From the NCBI GenBank assembly GCA_050251875.1, contig JBFWMA010000013.1, positions 1 through 35,036 of the forward strand: a stretch of DNA of 35,036 bases, given 5' to 3'. Below the pieces are notes generated by a model that saw nothing but the letters and a program-made list of their open reading frames with translations, was not told the DNA's origin and ran no database searches. Shown piece after piece: positions 25,926 to 35,036 of the stretch. Source of the stretch: Deferribacterales bacterium. Its GTDB lineage: Bacteria; Chrysiogenota; Deferribacteres; Deferribacterales; Geovibrionaceae. A program made the position numbers and the translations under genes. Every line of letters begins with the position of its first letter. Positions within the stretch are counted from its first letter, which is position 1.

Positions 25926-25941
25926 GATAAACTTTAATGTC

Positions 25942-26058
25942 GGAGGGGTGAAAACACCCGCCCTACTGTTGGCGGGTGTTTCTACTCCAAGCTAGCTCCA
26001 AAAACCCCGCCATACTGTTGGCGGGTGTTTCTGCTCCAAGCTAGCTGTAAAACCCCGC
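25942..26058. repeat. ~2.2-copy 49-bp tandem repeat built from GTAG-REP-like palindromes
   Basis: Units at 25951-25999 and 26000-26048 (CCCGCC[C/A]TACTGTTGGCGGGTGTTTCT[A/G]CTCCAAGCTAGCT) plus a partial third; shares CCCGCCCTAC with 4933-4942. Confidence 0.85.
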
Positions 26059-26068
26059 TTTAGTTTCA

Positions 26069-26167
26069 CGTCATTGCGAGGAGGCCGTCAGGCTGACGCG
26101 GCAATCTCACAATAGTATGGAGATGCAAAACGCACGCCGAGATTACGACGCTTCGCTCGTAATGACA
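26069..26167. repeat. CGTC-type (RPE-like) palindromic repeat element
   Basis: Outer IR GTCATTGCGAG/CTCGTAATGAC, inner GCAATCTC/GAGATTAC and GCTTCGC mini-hairpin. Confidence 0.85.
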
Positions 26168-26186
26168 TGTGCTAATTAATTGACAT

Positions 26187-26216
26187 AAAAAAGGGCTCCA
26201 TACAGAGCCCTTTTTT
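26187..26216. terminator. Bidirectional intrinsic terminator
   Basis: AAAAAAGGGCTC-N6-GAGCCCTTTTTT downstream of degP. Confidence 0.9.
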
Positions 26217-26235
26217 GCGTTTATGACTTTTGAGA

Positions 26236-27591
26236 TTACTCTTTGTCGAAGGCTATGAAGTTATATCTTCCGTTCACGAAAACCTGAAGAATTACCACAG
26301 CGCCTTTCTGAATTCTGTTGTACCTGGCATTGAAATCACCGGCAGTTTTCACAGGCTCGTGGTTCACAGCCACTATAACCATTCCGGCTCTGACGCCTGC
26401 CTGAAAAGCGTTGTTTGTCTCATCCACGCCTTTCACCTTCACACCGCCGGGGATGCCGAGTTTTTTCAGCTCATCGGCAGACAGCCCTGTCACACTGATG
26501 GTCTTATTCTCCGCTCCGGATACGCCCTCTTCCTCTGCGCCGTCTTTTCTGGCGCCGAGTTTAACAGTCAGCCTGACGTTCTTCTTATCTCTGAGTATAT
26601 CGAGAACCACGTTCTGTCCGGGGCTCATAGCGCCAATCATGTTCACGAGGTCTTTTGAGTCGTCTATGGCTTTTCCGTTGATTCTGACAACTATATCGCC
26701 AGCCTTAACGCCTGCTTTTTCTGCGGGATCGTCTTTTGTGACATCAGCTATCAGCGCACCTTTAGAGTCTTTCAGACCAAAGCCTTTAGCCAGTTTGTCA
26801 TCGATAGGCTGAACAGAAACACCCAGCCAGCCTCTCTTCACTGTGCCTGTTTTCAGCTTGGGCAGGAGATCTTTCAGCATGTTCACGGGGATGGCGAAAC
26901 CAAGCCCCTGAGCGGAAGCTATGATAGCGGTGTTGATACCCACCACCTGACCGCTCATGTTTATCAGGGGACCGCCGGAGTTTCCGGGGTTAATAGACGC
27001 GTCTGTCTGCATAAAGTTGTCATAGGGTCCGCTGTTCAGGCTTCTGCCTTTAGCGCTGATTATGCCCGCTGTCATTGTCCATTCCAGCCCCAGAGGGTTA
27101 CCGATGGCAACTACCCAGTCACCTATCTCTGATTTTTCAGAATCGCCGAGAGGCAGTGTCTGGAGCTTTACTCCTGCGGGGTTTATTTTGATGAGCGCAA
27201 GGTCGGTCAGAGGATCTCTGCCCACAACCTTCGCTGTGAATTTATGTTCGTCATTGAGCTTTACTATTATCTCGTCAGCTCCGTCTATGACGTGATTGTT
27301 TGTAACGATGAGCCCGTCCGCCTCAATGATAAAGCCGGAGCCGAGAGCGCTGCTTTTATACTCTCTGGGCTGTTGCGGCATCATGTTTCCGAAATCATCC
27401 CCGAAAAATCTTTTGAAAAATTCATCGTTCATCTGCGGGTATGATCTTTTTATTACTTTAGTGGTGGAAATGTTCACCACGGCATCCTTTGTCGCTTTAT
27501 ATATTCCCGAAAAACTGTCGGGACCGGCCGCAAAGACGGTAACCGTCTGAACCAGCATGATTACAATAAACAGAAGCAGTTTTTTTCTCAT
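26236..27591 (-). CDS. degP: DegP/HtrA (Do/MucD) serine endoprotease with two PDZ domains
   Basis: LGSGFII, TNNHVI, DLALIKI, QTDASINPGNSGGPL, RGWLGV PDZ. Confidence 0.95.
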   Translation of the reverse strand: MRKKLLLFIVIMLVQTVTVFAAGPDSFSGIYKATKDAVVNISTTKVIKRSYPQMNDEFFKRFFGDDFGNMMPQQPREYKSSALGSGFIIEADGLIVTNNHVIDGADEIIVKLNDEHKFTAKVVGRDPLTDLALIKINPAGVKLQTLPLGDSEKSEIGDWVVAIGNPLGLEWTMTAGIISAKGRSLNSGPYDNFMQTDASINPGNSGGPLINMSGQVVGINTAIIASAQGLGFAIPVNMLKDLLPKLKTGTVKRGWLGVSVQPIDDKLAKGFGLKDSKGALIADVTKDDPAEKAGVKAGDIVVRINGKAIDDSKDLVNMIGAMSPGQNVVLDILRDKKNVRLTVKLGARKDGAEEEGVSGAENKTISVTGLSADELKKLGIPGGVKVKGVDETNNAFQAGVRAGMVIVAVNHEPVKTAGDFNARYNRIQKGAVVILQVFVNGRYNFIAFDKE

Positions 27592-28307
27592 TTTTTCTCC
27601 TCCAGACCTGCGTAATTTTCTATTATGAACTCCATTTCCGAGAAAGGTATCGTCCCGACAACTGTGTAAAGGGCGTCACCAACCTTTTTACGCATAACAT
27701 AGTTGCCGTATACTATCTTTCTGCTCAGAGGAATATCCGCTGAAACTTTCTTTTCAAAAACCGAAAATTTATTGAGACCATCGCTGAGCATGATATGCTT
27801 CGTGCCGTCTTTCATAACTCTGGTTCCTGCCACGCAGAAGCCTTTTATACATGAGTTCAGATCGGTTATCTGCTTGGTCTCTTTCACCGCCGGCTTGTCT
27901 TCGTGGTCGTCTTTCTCCAGACTGGTGAAAGAGAAAACCAGCTTGCCGGAATTGTCATACACATCTTTATGCACCACTGAACCGTCATCGGAATCGACTA
28001 TCAGCACCTGACGGAATCTGTCGCTGTTCTTCGGCTTCATGTCATACTGGATGACGCTTCTGCCGTCATATGTCATGGCGGTGCTCTTCACATCATAATA
28101 ATCCGTCTCCACATCGGCTATGTTGAAATGCTCCTCACGCATTCTGGACGCAAGGATATCGAGAGGCGATTTGCCCAGAGTGGCACGGTTACTGATGAAT
28201 GTGGAATACAGATTGTCGCTTACCGCTATTTTGAAATAAATCTGCTCAGCGGTAAATCCTTGTAAGTTTACAAATAAAAAACCAAAAAGCAGAAAAAGCG
28301 GTCTCAT
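27588..28307 (-). CDS. MucB/RseB-like periplasmic sigmaE regulator
   Basis: HIMLSDGLNKFSVF and YTVVGTIP match the RseB C-terminal domain; lies between anti-sigma and degP. Confidence 0.78.
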   Translation of the reverse strand: MRPLFLLFGFLFVNLQGFTAEQIYFKIAVSDNLYSTFISNRATLGKSPLDILASRMREEHFNIADVETDYYDVKSTAMTYDGRSVIQYDMKPKNSDRFRQVLIVDSDDGSVVHKDVYDNSGKLVFSFTSLEKDDHEDKPAVKETKQITDLNSCIKGFCVAGTRVMKDGTKHIMLSDGLNKFSVFEKKVSADIPLSRKIVYGNYVMRKKVGDALYTVVGTIPFSEMEFIIENYAGLEEKK

Positions 28308-28750
28308 TTTTCTAAATTAACTGTAGCGAGCTCTCCGTTGAAGTCGATAACACCCGCTCCGACATGCTCGATGACGTATTCTTCGAGCTTCTCATTGCCG
28401 GCTATCTGCGTGTCTTCTGTGCCCAGCGTCATAACAGCCGCCATAGCAAGAACAAACACCGCCGCCGCCGCTGCGGCGAATACTGATATCTTTTTCATAA
28501 AAGATACTTTCTTCACAACGGTTTTGGGCTGCTGCTGTCTTATCATGGACATAATGTCTCTGGACATGTCAACGTCAACAGTTCTCTCGAATGATGTTTT
28601 TATCATATCCTTCAGGGCGAGCTGTTTGGTCAGCTCCGCACGGCATGAAGGGCAGGAAGCAAAATGTTTTTCCAGAGCCTGTCTCTCAAGGCTTGGCGCT
28701 TCCTCGTCAACGTATGTGGATATCATATTAAGATATTTGGTACATTCCAT
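28304..28750 (-). CDS. Zinc-finger (zf-HC2) transmembrane anti-sigma factor
   Basis: C...ISTYVDEE...HFASCPSC (HxxxCxxC), one TM helix; overlaps the rpoE end. Confidence 0.9.
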   Translation of the reverse strand: MECTKYLNMISTYVDEEAPSLERQALEKHFASCPSCRAELTKQLALKDMIKTSFERTVDVDMSRDIMSMIRQQQPKTVVKKVSFMKKISVFAAAAAAVFVLAMAAVMTLGTEDTQIAGNEKLEEYVIEHVGAGVIDFNGELATVNLEK

Positions 28751-29303
28751 CTGCCAACCCCTGATTGATAAGTCTGTCTTTTATAATTTGTCTAGCGTTA
28801 AAAAGTCTGCTTCTCACTGTTCCGAGCGGTATATTCATCATCTCGGATATCTCTTCATAGCTCATGTCCTCGACCTCTCTGAGCAGAATAACCACTCTGA
28901 GCTTGTCGGGCAGAGCCTCCACAAAACCGCGGACATATTTGTGCAGTTCTTCTTTCAGAGTAAGATCCTCTGCGCTCTCGCCGGAGGTTATCTTATCAAA
29001 GAAACTGCCCTCTTCGTCATCGTTCTCAACATCCATCACCCTCTTCTCTTTTTCGAAGTGGTTCAGAGCGATGTTCAGAGCGATCCTCTTTATCCACGGA
29101 AAGAACTGCTCTCTGTCCTTGAGGGTATCGAGCTTCTGAAAAGCCTTCAGATAGGCTTCCTGAGTGATATCCTCCGCCAGTTCCCTGTTTTTTACTACGT
29201 TCATCGAAGTGGCGAACAGCCTTGACTGATATTTGAGAATCAACATCTCAAATGAAGCTGTGTCGCCGCCAAGAACCTTTTCAATTATTGCTGAGTCCTT
29301 CAC
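28728..29303 (-). CDS. rpoE: ECF RNA polymerase sigma factor (RpoE/AlgU-like)
   Basis: AEDITQEAYLKAF, WIKRIALN, LREVEDMSYEEISEMMNIPLGTVRSRLFNAR; GTG start with GGAGG RBS. Confidence 0.92.
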   Translation of the reverse strand: MKDSAIIEKVLGGDTASFEMLILKYQSRLFATSMNVVKNRELAEDITQEAYLKAFQKLDTLKDREQFFPWIKRIALNIALNHFEKEKRVMDVENDDEEGSFFDKITSGESAEDLTLKEELHKYVRGFVEALPDKLRVVILLREVEDMSYEEISEMMNIPLGTVRSRLFNARQIIKDRLINQGLADGMYQIS

Positions 29304-29326
29304 GTTTCCTCCGAATCTTATGTAGC

Positions 29327-29353
29327 TAAGATTTTCCGCTGTAATAAAAGTTC
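29327..29353 (-). promoter_or_regulatory. SigmaE-type autoregulatory promoter
   Basis: Minus strand GAACTT-N16-TCTTA, 24 nt upstream of the rpoE start. Confidence 0.8.
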
Positions 29354-29395
29354 AATTAAAAATATACCGCTTATAAAAAATTTATCAAATATATT

Positions 29396-30040
29396 TTACG
29401 CATGCACGCTCACATGGTCTTTAATATCCTGAATGCTTAAAACTATGAACCCGTGGGTATCGGCATAATCCATAAGCTGAGGCAGACGCATCATGGTTCC
29501 GTCCGGATTTGTCAGCTCACAGAGCACTCCCATCGGTTTCAGACCGGATATTTTCATCAGATCAACCGTGGCCTCTGTGTGTCCGTCACGCTCCAGGACT
29601 CCGCCCTCTCTGGCAACCAGAGGAAAAACGTGTCCGGGGGACGCTATATGTTCTGAAGTGGCGTCATCTCTCAGAGCTGTCTTTATGGTGGTGACACGGT
29701 CTGAGGCGGATACGCCTGTGGTGACGCCCTCCACTGCCTCGATGGAAACGGTGAAGGCTGTGCCGAATGAGCTTCTGTTATTGCGGGTCATCATTTCGAG
29801 CCCGAGGTTCTTTCTCTTCTCATCTGTCATACAGAGACAGACTATTCCGCTGCAATCTCTGATCATGCGTGCCATCTGTTCGGATGTCAGCATCTCGGCG
29901 GAAAAGATCAGGTCGCCCTCGTTCTCCCTGTCCTCATCGTCCACGACTATTACGCCGCCGCCGCTTCTTAGGATAGACTGCGCTTTTGAGATACGTTCGG
30001 AAGCTGTGCCGAAGATTGATAATGTTGAATTCTGATTCAT
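29396..30040 (-). CDS. ribB: 3,4-dihydroxy-2-butanone-4-phosphate synthase
   Basis: [49 protein letters not shown] riboswitch upstream. Confidence 0.97.
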   Translation of the reverse strand: MNQNSTLSIFGTASERISKAQSILRSGGGVIVVDDEDRENEGDLIFSAEMLTSEQMARMIRDCSGIVCLCMTDEKRKNLGLEMMTRNNRSSFGTAFTVSIEAVEGVTTGVSASDRVTTIKTALRDDATSEHIASPGHVFPLVAREGGVLERDGHTEATVDLMKISGLKPMGVLCELTNPDGTMMRLPQLMDYADTHGFIVLSIQDIKDHVSVHA

Positions 30041-30068
30041 GATGTTCTCCTTTTTTTACATGAATCAG
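30032..30068 (-). promoter_or_regulatory. RBS/start-codon sequestering hairpin (riboswitch expression platform)
   Basis: Perfect 10-bp stem CTGATTCATG/CATGAATCAG that contains the ATG, with AGGAG in the loop. Confidence 0.8.
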
Positions 30069-30108
30069 GGCGTTAAGAAAGAGTCGAAAAACAAGCGTTA
30101 AGGATGTT

Positions 30109-30246
30109 TATTCTCTCCCATCCGGACTATGACCGTCGGCTCCGGAATCCAACCGGATCTGCGGGCTTTAGAAAAAAAGACCGCTCGCGGGCTACTGCGC
30201 AGAACAGATTACCGCCGGTGGGGACTTGCACCCCGCCCTGAGAATA
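30109..30246 (-). promoter_or_regulatory. FMN riboswitch (RFN element)
   Basis: TATTCTCAGGGCGGGGTGCAAGTCCCCACCGGCGGT...AGCCCGCGAGC...GATCCGGTTGGATTCCGGAGCCGACGGTCATAGTCCGGATGGGAGAGAATA. Confidence 0.97.
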
Positions 30247-30289
30247 TTTAGTACAAATATTATTATAGACTCTTTGAAGAAAAAATCAA

Positions 30290-31855
30290 TCAGCAGAGTG
30301 TGTCACCGCAAAATAACGCCTCAAAATCTTTCGCCGGACATGGTCTGCTGAAAAGGTAACCCTGTCCATAGACCACGTTGAAAGACGACAGATAGTCTAT
30401 CTGCTCCTGAAACTCTATCCCCTCCGCTATCACCTGACAGCCCAGGCTGTCGGCTATGGCGGCGATATTGGGTATCAGGTTCGCCTTGATGGCGCCGTGC
30501 TGAATCTCTTTTACGAACGATCTGTCCACCTTGATAAAGTCCACCTTGATCTCACGCAGATAAGACAGGCTGGAATATCCCGTACCGAAATCGTCTATGG
30601 ACACTCTGTATCCAAGAGACCTGAGCCTGTCGGTGCATTCGGACACAGATTCGATCTCTATCAGCTCGTCTTCGGTCAGCTCCAGGTTAACCACGCTTTC
30701 GGGAAATCTCAGACGGTATTTTCTCAGCATGCCGTCTATTATGTCTGCGTCAAAATCCGTGGGGAATATATTGAACGACATCTTCATGTCTTTGTGCCGT
30801 CTGATCAGATCGTCCAGCTCGGCGTATGTCTTGTTGATGACAATCTCGGTGAACTCGGCTGTCCTGCCCAGTTCTTTCACAAACGGCAGAAACCTGTCGG
30901 GAGTCACCACGCTTCCGTCAAAATCCGTCCAGCGGCAGAGAACCTCGAACCCGATTATCTTCTTAGTGGCTATCTCCACTATCGGCTGATAATAGCACAG
31001 CACCCTCTCCTCGGTCATGCCGTAACGGAATCTGCACTTCAGCGAACGGATATTTTTCAGCTTCTCCGCAAAAAAACGGGTGAGGAATATTGTACTCAGC
31101 ATAGACAGCATAACGATACCCAGAAGAAGCGCCCGCTCGTTGTTCATCACATTCAGATAGGAAGTATAGGCGACACTGCATATATATGAGGTTTCTGAAC
31201 AGTAGACCATCGTCATCCCGTGGAGACCGAAGCCGGATCCGTTTTCCCATTTTTCCGCTGTGATGTCTTTATTCCCATAGATATAGAACGGCTCGCCGTT
31301 ATTCTGTATCATATAAAAAGCGACATTGGCGTAATCTTTCGAGTTTCTCAGAGGCTCTGCCAGGTTAAAAACCGTGTTGTAGTGATCTATTTTCAGCACA
31401 TGTCCTTTTTTCACAAAGTCATAGAGCTTGATAGGAACATTCAGCCACAGGCTTCTGTTGCCTTTTGTCACCAGATTGGGCGGGATTTCGGCAAAAGGCT
31501 TGTCCAGCTTCCCCAGTCCCGATGTGCAAAGGAGCTGATTGTTGTTGGAATATCCTATATCTTTTATATATGTGGCGTCAAACTGGGCATAGCGCATCGC
31601 CCTGAGCATATCTTCGCCGCATTCTTCGTCAAAGTGCATGCCGTTCAGCATGTCCAGAGCACGCAGAAGGTCGGACGTGACATAATCACGCTCTTCTATG
31701 AATTTTCTCGTAATTGACCTGTTTTTTTCGCTATATCCTTTCAGAATGACCGGAACAGCTCCTCCGGCAAAGAAGGCAAACATCATAACAGCGAAACACG
31801 CCGTGATGACAGGGGCGGCATAGGGCTTATTCAGCAGTAAAATAAATTTCGTCAT
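30290..31855 (-). CDS. EAL-domain c-di-GMP phosphodiesterase with CSS-motif-like periplasmic domain
   Basis: Two TM segments; periplasmic EECGED..LLCTSG; YYQPIV, EVLCRW, LELTE, IDDFGTGYSSLSYL, KVDRSFV, IAEGIE, GQGYLFSRP. Confidence 0.9.
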   Translation of the reverse strand: MTKFILLLNKPYAAPVITACFAVMMFAFFAGGAVPVILKGYSEKNRSITRKFIEERDYVTSDLLRALDMLNGMHFDEECGEDMLRAMRYAQFDATYIKDIGYSNNNQLLCTSGLGKLDKPFAEIPPNLVTKGNRSLWLNVPIKLYDFVKKGHVLKIDHYNTVFNLAEPLRNSKDYANVAFYMIQNNGEPFYIYGNKDITAEKWENGSGFGLHGMTMVYCSETSYICSVAYTSYLNVMNNERALLLGIVMLSMLSTIFLTRFFAEKLKNIRSLKCRFRYGMTEERVLCYYQPIVEIATKKIIGFEVLCRWTDFDGSVVTPDRFLPFVKELGRTAEFTEIVINKTYAELDDLIRRHKDMKMSFNIFPTDFDADIIDGMLRKYRLRFPESVVNLELTEDELIEIESVSECTDRLRSLGYRVSIDDFGTGYSSLSYLREIKVDFIKVDRSFVKEIQHGAIKANLIPNIAAIADSLGCQVIAEGIEFQEQIDYLSSFNVVYGQGYLFSRPCPAKDFEALFCGDTLC

Positions 31856-32031
31856 GGCACATCCACAAAATAAATATACACAACTATAGCATACAGAGAA
31901 AAATTTTCACGTTTTTCTTTTTATCGTTAGAAAAAATATCACTTAGCATGTCAATTTTTTATTAATTGAGTGATTTTATGCAAATATTTAGCTCTCTTGT
32001 GTTATCATAGTTAAAAATAATGGAGGAGAGT

Positions 32032-32535
32032 ATGCTTCTTATCAAAGAACTGCCGGATAAAAAACAGATCAGGAAAGGCTTCAAGAATGATGACGATGTA
32101 GACGCGTCCTCCATCATAACCATACTCACCATGCTGAAAACGTCCAGTGACGTGATGATAGCCATAGAAAAGTTTTTCACTTCGAAGGGACTGTCCCACA
32201 GCCGTTTCACCGCCATGTCCGTACTGATGAAAACAGACGGCGGCATGTTTCCCAATGAGCTGGCTGACGAGATGGGCATTTCCAGAGCCACCGTATCCAC
32301 CATTGTGAAGGGTATGGAGACAGGCGGACTGGTGGAAACATCAAAATCAGACAGTGACGGACGAATGAAAAAAATCGTAATCACAAAAAAAGGCAGCGCC
32401 CTTTATGAAGAACTGCTGCCTGAATATTTTGCTATACTGTCGTCCGTGGCGAACGGGCTGAACAAAAAGGACATGAAATCCGCCACAGAGTCCATGCAGT
32501 TTATGCTGAACAATCTGGCTAAGATGAAAGAGTAA
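32032..32535 (+). CDS. MarR family transcriptional regulator
   Basis: GLSHSRF, PNELADEMGISRATVS, GLVE...DGR.K.IVIT.KG; ATG 32032 follows GGAGGAG. Confidence 0.92.
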   Translation: MLLIKELPDKKQIRKGFKNDDDVDASSIITILTMLKTSSDVMIAIEKFFTSKGLSHSRFTAMSVLMKTDGGMFPNELADEMGISRATVSTIVKGMETGGLVETSKSDSDGRMKKIVITKKGSALYEELLPEYFAILSSVANGLNKKDMKSATESMQFMLNNLAKMKE

Positions 32536-33904
32536 CCGCCCTCTTCTCCCAGCCGCCGTATTTGTAACGCAGCAGCATAATTGCGGGAATAGCCAGAAAC
32601 ATAAGCACCATGATAAGCCACGCCGCCTTGATGGATAATCCGTATACGTTCATGCCGATATACACCACGCCCACCAGCACCCACATGATGCCCACCATGA
32701 TGAACATAGCCCAGTAAGTGTCTCCGGCGCCTCTCAGCGCTCCGGCATATACCACGATCAGCGTCTCCACCACAACATATATGGCCGCCGTCCTCAGCAT
32801 ATAGACGCCCAGATCACGCACTCCATCGAATGAGGCGTCCGGTCCCGCGGGATGAAATATATTAATCAGCATCACCGGGAAGAACACGAACAGAATAGAG
32901 ACTACCACGGAATACATCGTACCGGTCTTAAGCCCGGATTTCAGAGCCCTGTGGGCTATGTCCGGACGTCCTGCGCCCAGATATCTTCCGAAGAGGCTGG
33001 TAACGCTGATCTCCAGACCGATCAGGGGGACATACGCCACATGATCCCAGTTAAAGGCTATAGTCACGGCGGAAGCCGTCTCTATCCCTTTTGCGTGGAA
33101 TATGAATATTATCAGAGTAAAAGCAGTCATCGCCAGAAACATCTCCATCCCGGCGGGAAAACCGAATTTCACGATCTCTGTCAGCATAGGTTTGTCATAT
33201 ACCGCCGCTTTTCTCAGCGACACTTTCGCCCGCCTGTTATAACGGATGAAAGCGTATGCCATCACGCCGTTCATAACCACTGAGCCGACCAGTGTTCCCA
33301 CCGCCGCTCCGCTTATTCCGAGCTCCGGAAAGCCCAGCTTACCGAAAATCAGCACATAGCTGGCGAGAGCGTTGGTGAACAGCGCCGCCACGGATGACAG
33401 CATGATAACCTTGGTCTGCCCTACACCGGAGAAAAATCCGATGAAAACGCTTCTGAGAAGCCCCAGAAAACATCCGTACATCAGAATATCGAAATACGGA
33501 ATCTGATGTATAAGCTGTTCCTCGGCTATGCCTGATGATCTGAAATACATATGCATCAGCGGAATAGCCGCTATCAGAAACGGAAAAGCGAACAGCGAAA
33601 TCAGAAATGACTGATATGTAACGGACGGACATTTTTCCGGTCTGCCCGCTCCGAAATATTTTGCCGTAACGGCTGTTGAGTAGCCCAGAAGCCCCAGAAA
33701 AAACGACAGAAGCATGAACGCCGTCATACCTCCGCCCATCCCGGCGGACATATATTCCGGTCCGAGACGTGACAAAAAAAGCCTGTCGGTGAACATCATC
33801 ATGGTGTCGCAACCGCTGGAAACTATCATAGGCAGGGCAATAGCGATCATCTCTCTGACACCGCCGCTGCCTGAGTGGATTATAGATGAATTTGAATCTT
33901 CCAA
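32519..33904 (-). CDS. MATE family efflux transporter
   Basis: IALPMIVS, FTDRLFLSRLG, LIFGKLGFPELGISGAA, GALRGAGDT; about 12 TM segments. Confidence 0.93.
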   Translation of the reverse strand: MEDSNSSIIHSGSGGVREMIAIALPMIVSSGCDTMMMFTDRLFLSRLGPEYMSAGMGGGMTAFMLLSFFLGLLGYSTAVTAKYFGAGRPEKCPSVTYQSFLISLFAFPFLIAAIPLMHMYFRSSGIAEEQLIHQIPYFDILMYGCFLGLLRSVFIGFFSGVGQTKVIMLSSVAALFTNALASYVLIFGKLGFPELGISGAAVGTLVGSVVMNGVMAYAFIRYNRRAKVSLRKAAVYDKPMLTEIVKFGFPAGMEMFLAMTAFTLIIFIFHAKGIETASAVTIAFNWDHVAYVPLIGLEISVTSLFGRYLGAGRPDIAHRALKSGLKTGTMYSVVVSILFVFFPVMLINIFHPAGPDASFDGVRDLGVYMLRTAAIYVVVETLIVVYAGALRGAGDTYWAMFIMVGIMWVLVGVVYIGMNVYGLSIKAAWLIMVLMFLAIPAIMLLRYKYGGWEKRAVTLSS

Positions 33905-34132
33905 AATAGCACCTGAAACTAAAAAAATACAAAGTTGTTAAAAGACTGTCGTGCCAAAATGTGACTGGAAAGAGAAAGCAATGAGGATGAGAGGGGACCG
34001 GACTGTTTTTCTGTTTTCAATCACTCAGTTAAGATTAATCACAAACTTCACTTTGATATCACCTCATAAAAATAAGTAAGAAAGGTTTATATACCAAACA
34101 TCGGGTGTAGACAAGACAAATATTTATTAATT

Positions 34133-34624
34133 TTAAAAAAAAGCGGGAATAAATATAGTCATAATGAACGAGCCGAACACTATCACCGCTGAAATCCAGT
34201 AGGTGTAGCCTTTGATCTTCGACACGGCAAATATAGCCAGACTGAGATACCACCCCATGATGAGAGGGTTATAAAATTTGATATAGTCGCCTTTCAGAAG
34301 AAAACTGACGGGCAGAAACATGCTGGTCGCCTCGAACGCCAGCATCAGACGCAGAAAGCCCATAAATACCGATATCTTCTTAGGCAGATACAGAAAAAGA
34401 ATCATGATAAAAACAGATGTAAGCACCAGAGATTCCAGTATCCTGCCGGAGCTGTCCGGATATATCATGCCGTCTATATCACGGTAGGGGATGAAAAGGG
34501 TGATTATATAAAAACAGACGATATTAAAGGTGTGGCTGTTGTTCAGAAAAACAGCATAGAGAGCCTTTTCGCTGAAAAAGAGCAGACGTACCGCCAGAGC
34601 GACAGTGTGCAGAGGGGACGGCAT
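34133..34624 (-). CDS. Hypothetical integral membrane protein
   Basis: About 5 hydrophobic segments; ATG 34624 lies just after the upstream stop (alternative start 34666). Confidence 0.7.
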   Translation of the reverse strand: MPSPLHTVALAVRLLFFSEKALYAVFLNNSHTFNIVCFYIITLFIPYRDIDGMIYPDSSGRILESLVLTSVFIMILFLYLPKKISVFMGFLRLMLAFEATSMFLPVSFLLKGDYIKFYNPLIMGWYLSLAIFAVSKIKGYTYWISAVIVFGSFIMTIFIPAFF

Positions 34625-34631
34625 CTTTTTG

Positions 34632-35036
34632 CTACCAGTTTTTTGAGCCTCTTCTCCATTTATCATCTCTGTTATACCACCATTCGTAATACATGGTATC
34701 CATAGCGGATTCCATGATCTTTTTAGCTGTGTCGGTCTTAAGCCTCTTGGACGAGGCTGCTATCCAGTTATCCGCCTGTGAGTTGCCCTTGTCCTTCTGT
34801 TCTTTCAGAAAGAAGATCAGCTCCAGCGTGTCGGCGTCTTTTGCCACCTGAGCCTCTATGGTCTCCTGAGCGGCGTATTCCTCTACTATGCCTCTGACGG
34901 CGGAATCTATGGGAAGACCTTTCAGCACATGATCCAGCGCCATGTCATCGTCAGAATCGACATACGCCTGCTGAAGATAGTTCAGGTCGCCTGTTCTGGA
35001 TTCCTCCAGATCGTGAAAGAGACACATCTTCATAAC
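34632..35036 (-). CDS. HD-domain hydrolase (YfbR-like 5'-deoxynucleotidase), 5' end outside window
   Basis: MCLFHDLEESRTGD, EAQVAKDADTLE. Confidence 0.85.
   Translation of the reverse strand, partial: VMKMCLFHDLEESRTGDLNYLQQAYVDSDDDMALDHVLKGLPIDSAVRGIVEEYAAQETIEAQVAKDADTLELIFFLKEQKDKGNSQADNWIAASSKRLKTDTAKKIMESAMDTMYYEWWYNRDDKWRRGSKNW

Overview
Bacterial chromosomal window, mostly housekeeping and envelope genes; the gene set and style suggest an anaerobic diderm such as a Deferribacterales member (inference only). In order it contains: smc; a three-copy structured intergenic repeat; a crotonase; an isolated, intact phage DNA-packaging trio (terS-terL-DUF935 portal) with no capsid, tail, integrase or att site; a divergent Fic-HTH gene lacking the catalytic His, coupled to a ROK kinase; split lysO, xpt and a BMP-type purine-nucleoside ABC transporter; a Mn/Zn/Fe ABC transporter whose permease is fused to a DtxR-like domain, with a divergent Fur/PerR; ompA, ppiD, SRP RNA and tRNA-Ser(GGA); a PrcB-like gene and a trypsin-like protease with a C-terminal sorting signal; REP-like repeats; rpoE-antisigma-rseB-degP with a sigmaE promoter; an FMN riboswitch with ribB; a CSS-EAL phosphodiesterase; MarR, MATE and a partial HD hydrolase. 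The best candidate for an undescribed system is the stand-alone terminase-portal operon (possibly a domesticated or dispersed GTA-like packaging module), perhaps with the adjacent pseudo-Fic. All calls rest on motif recognition by eye; no searches were run.
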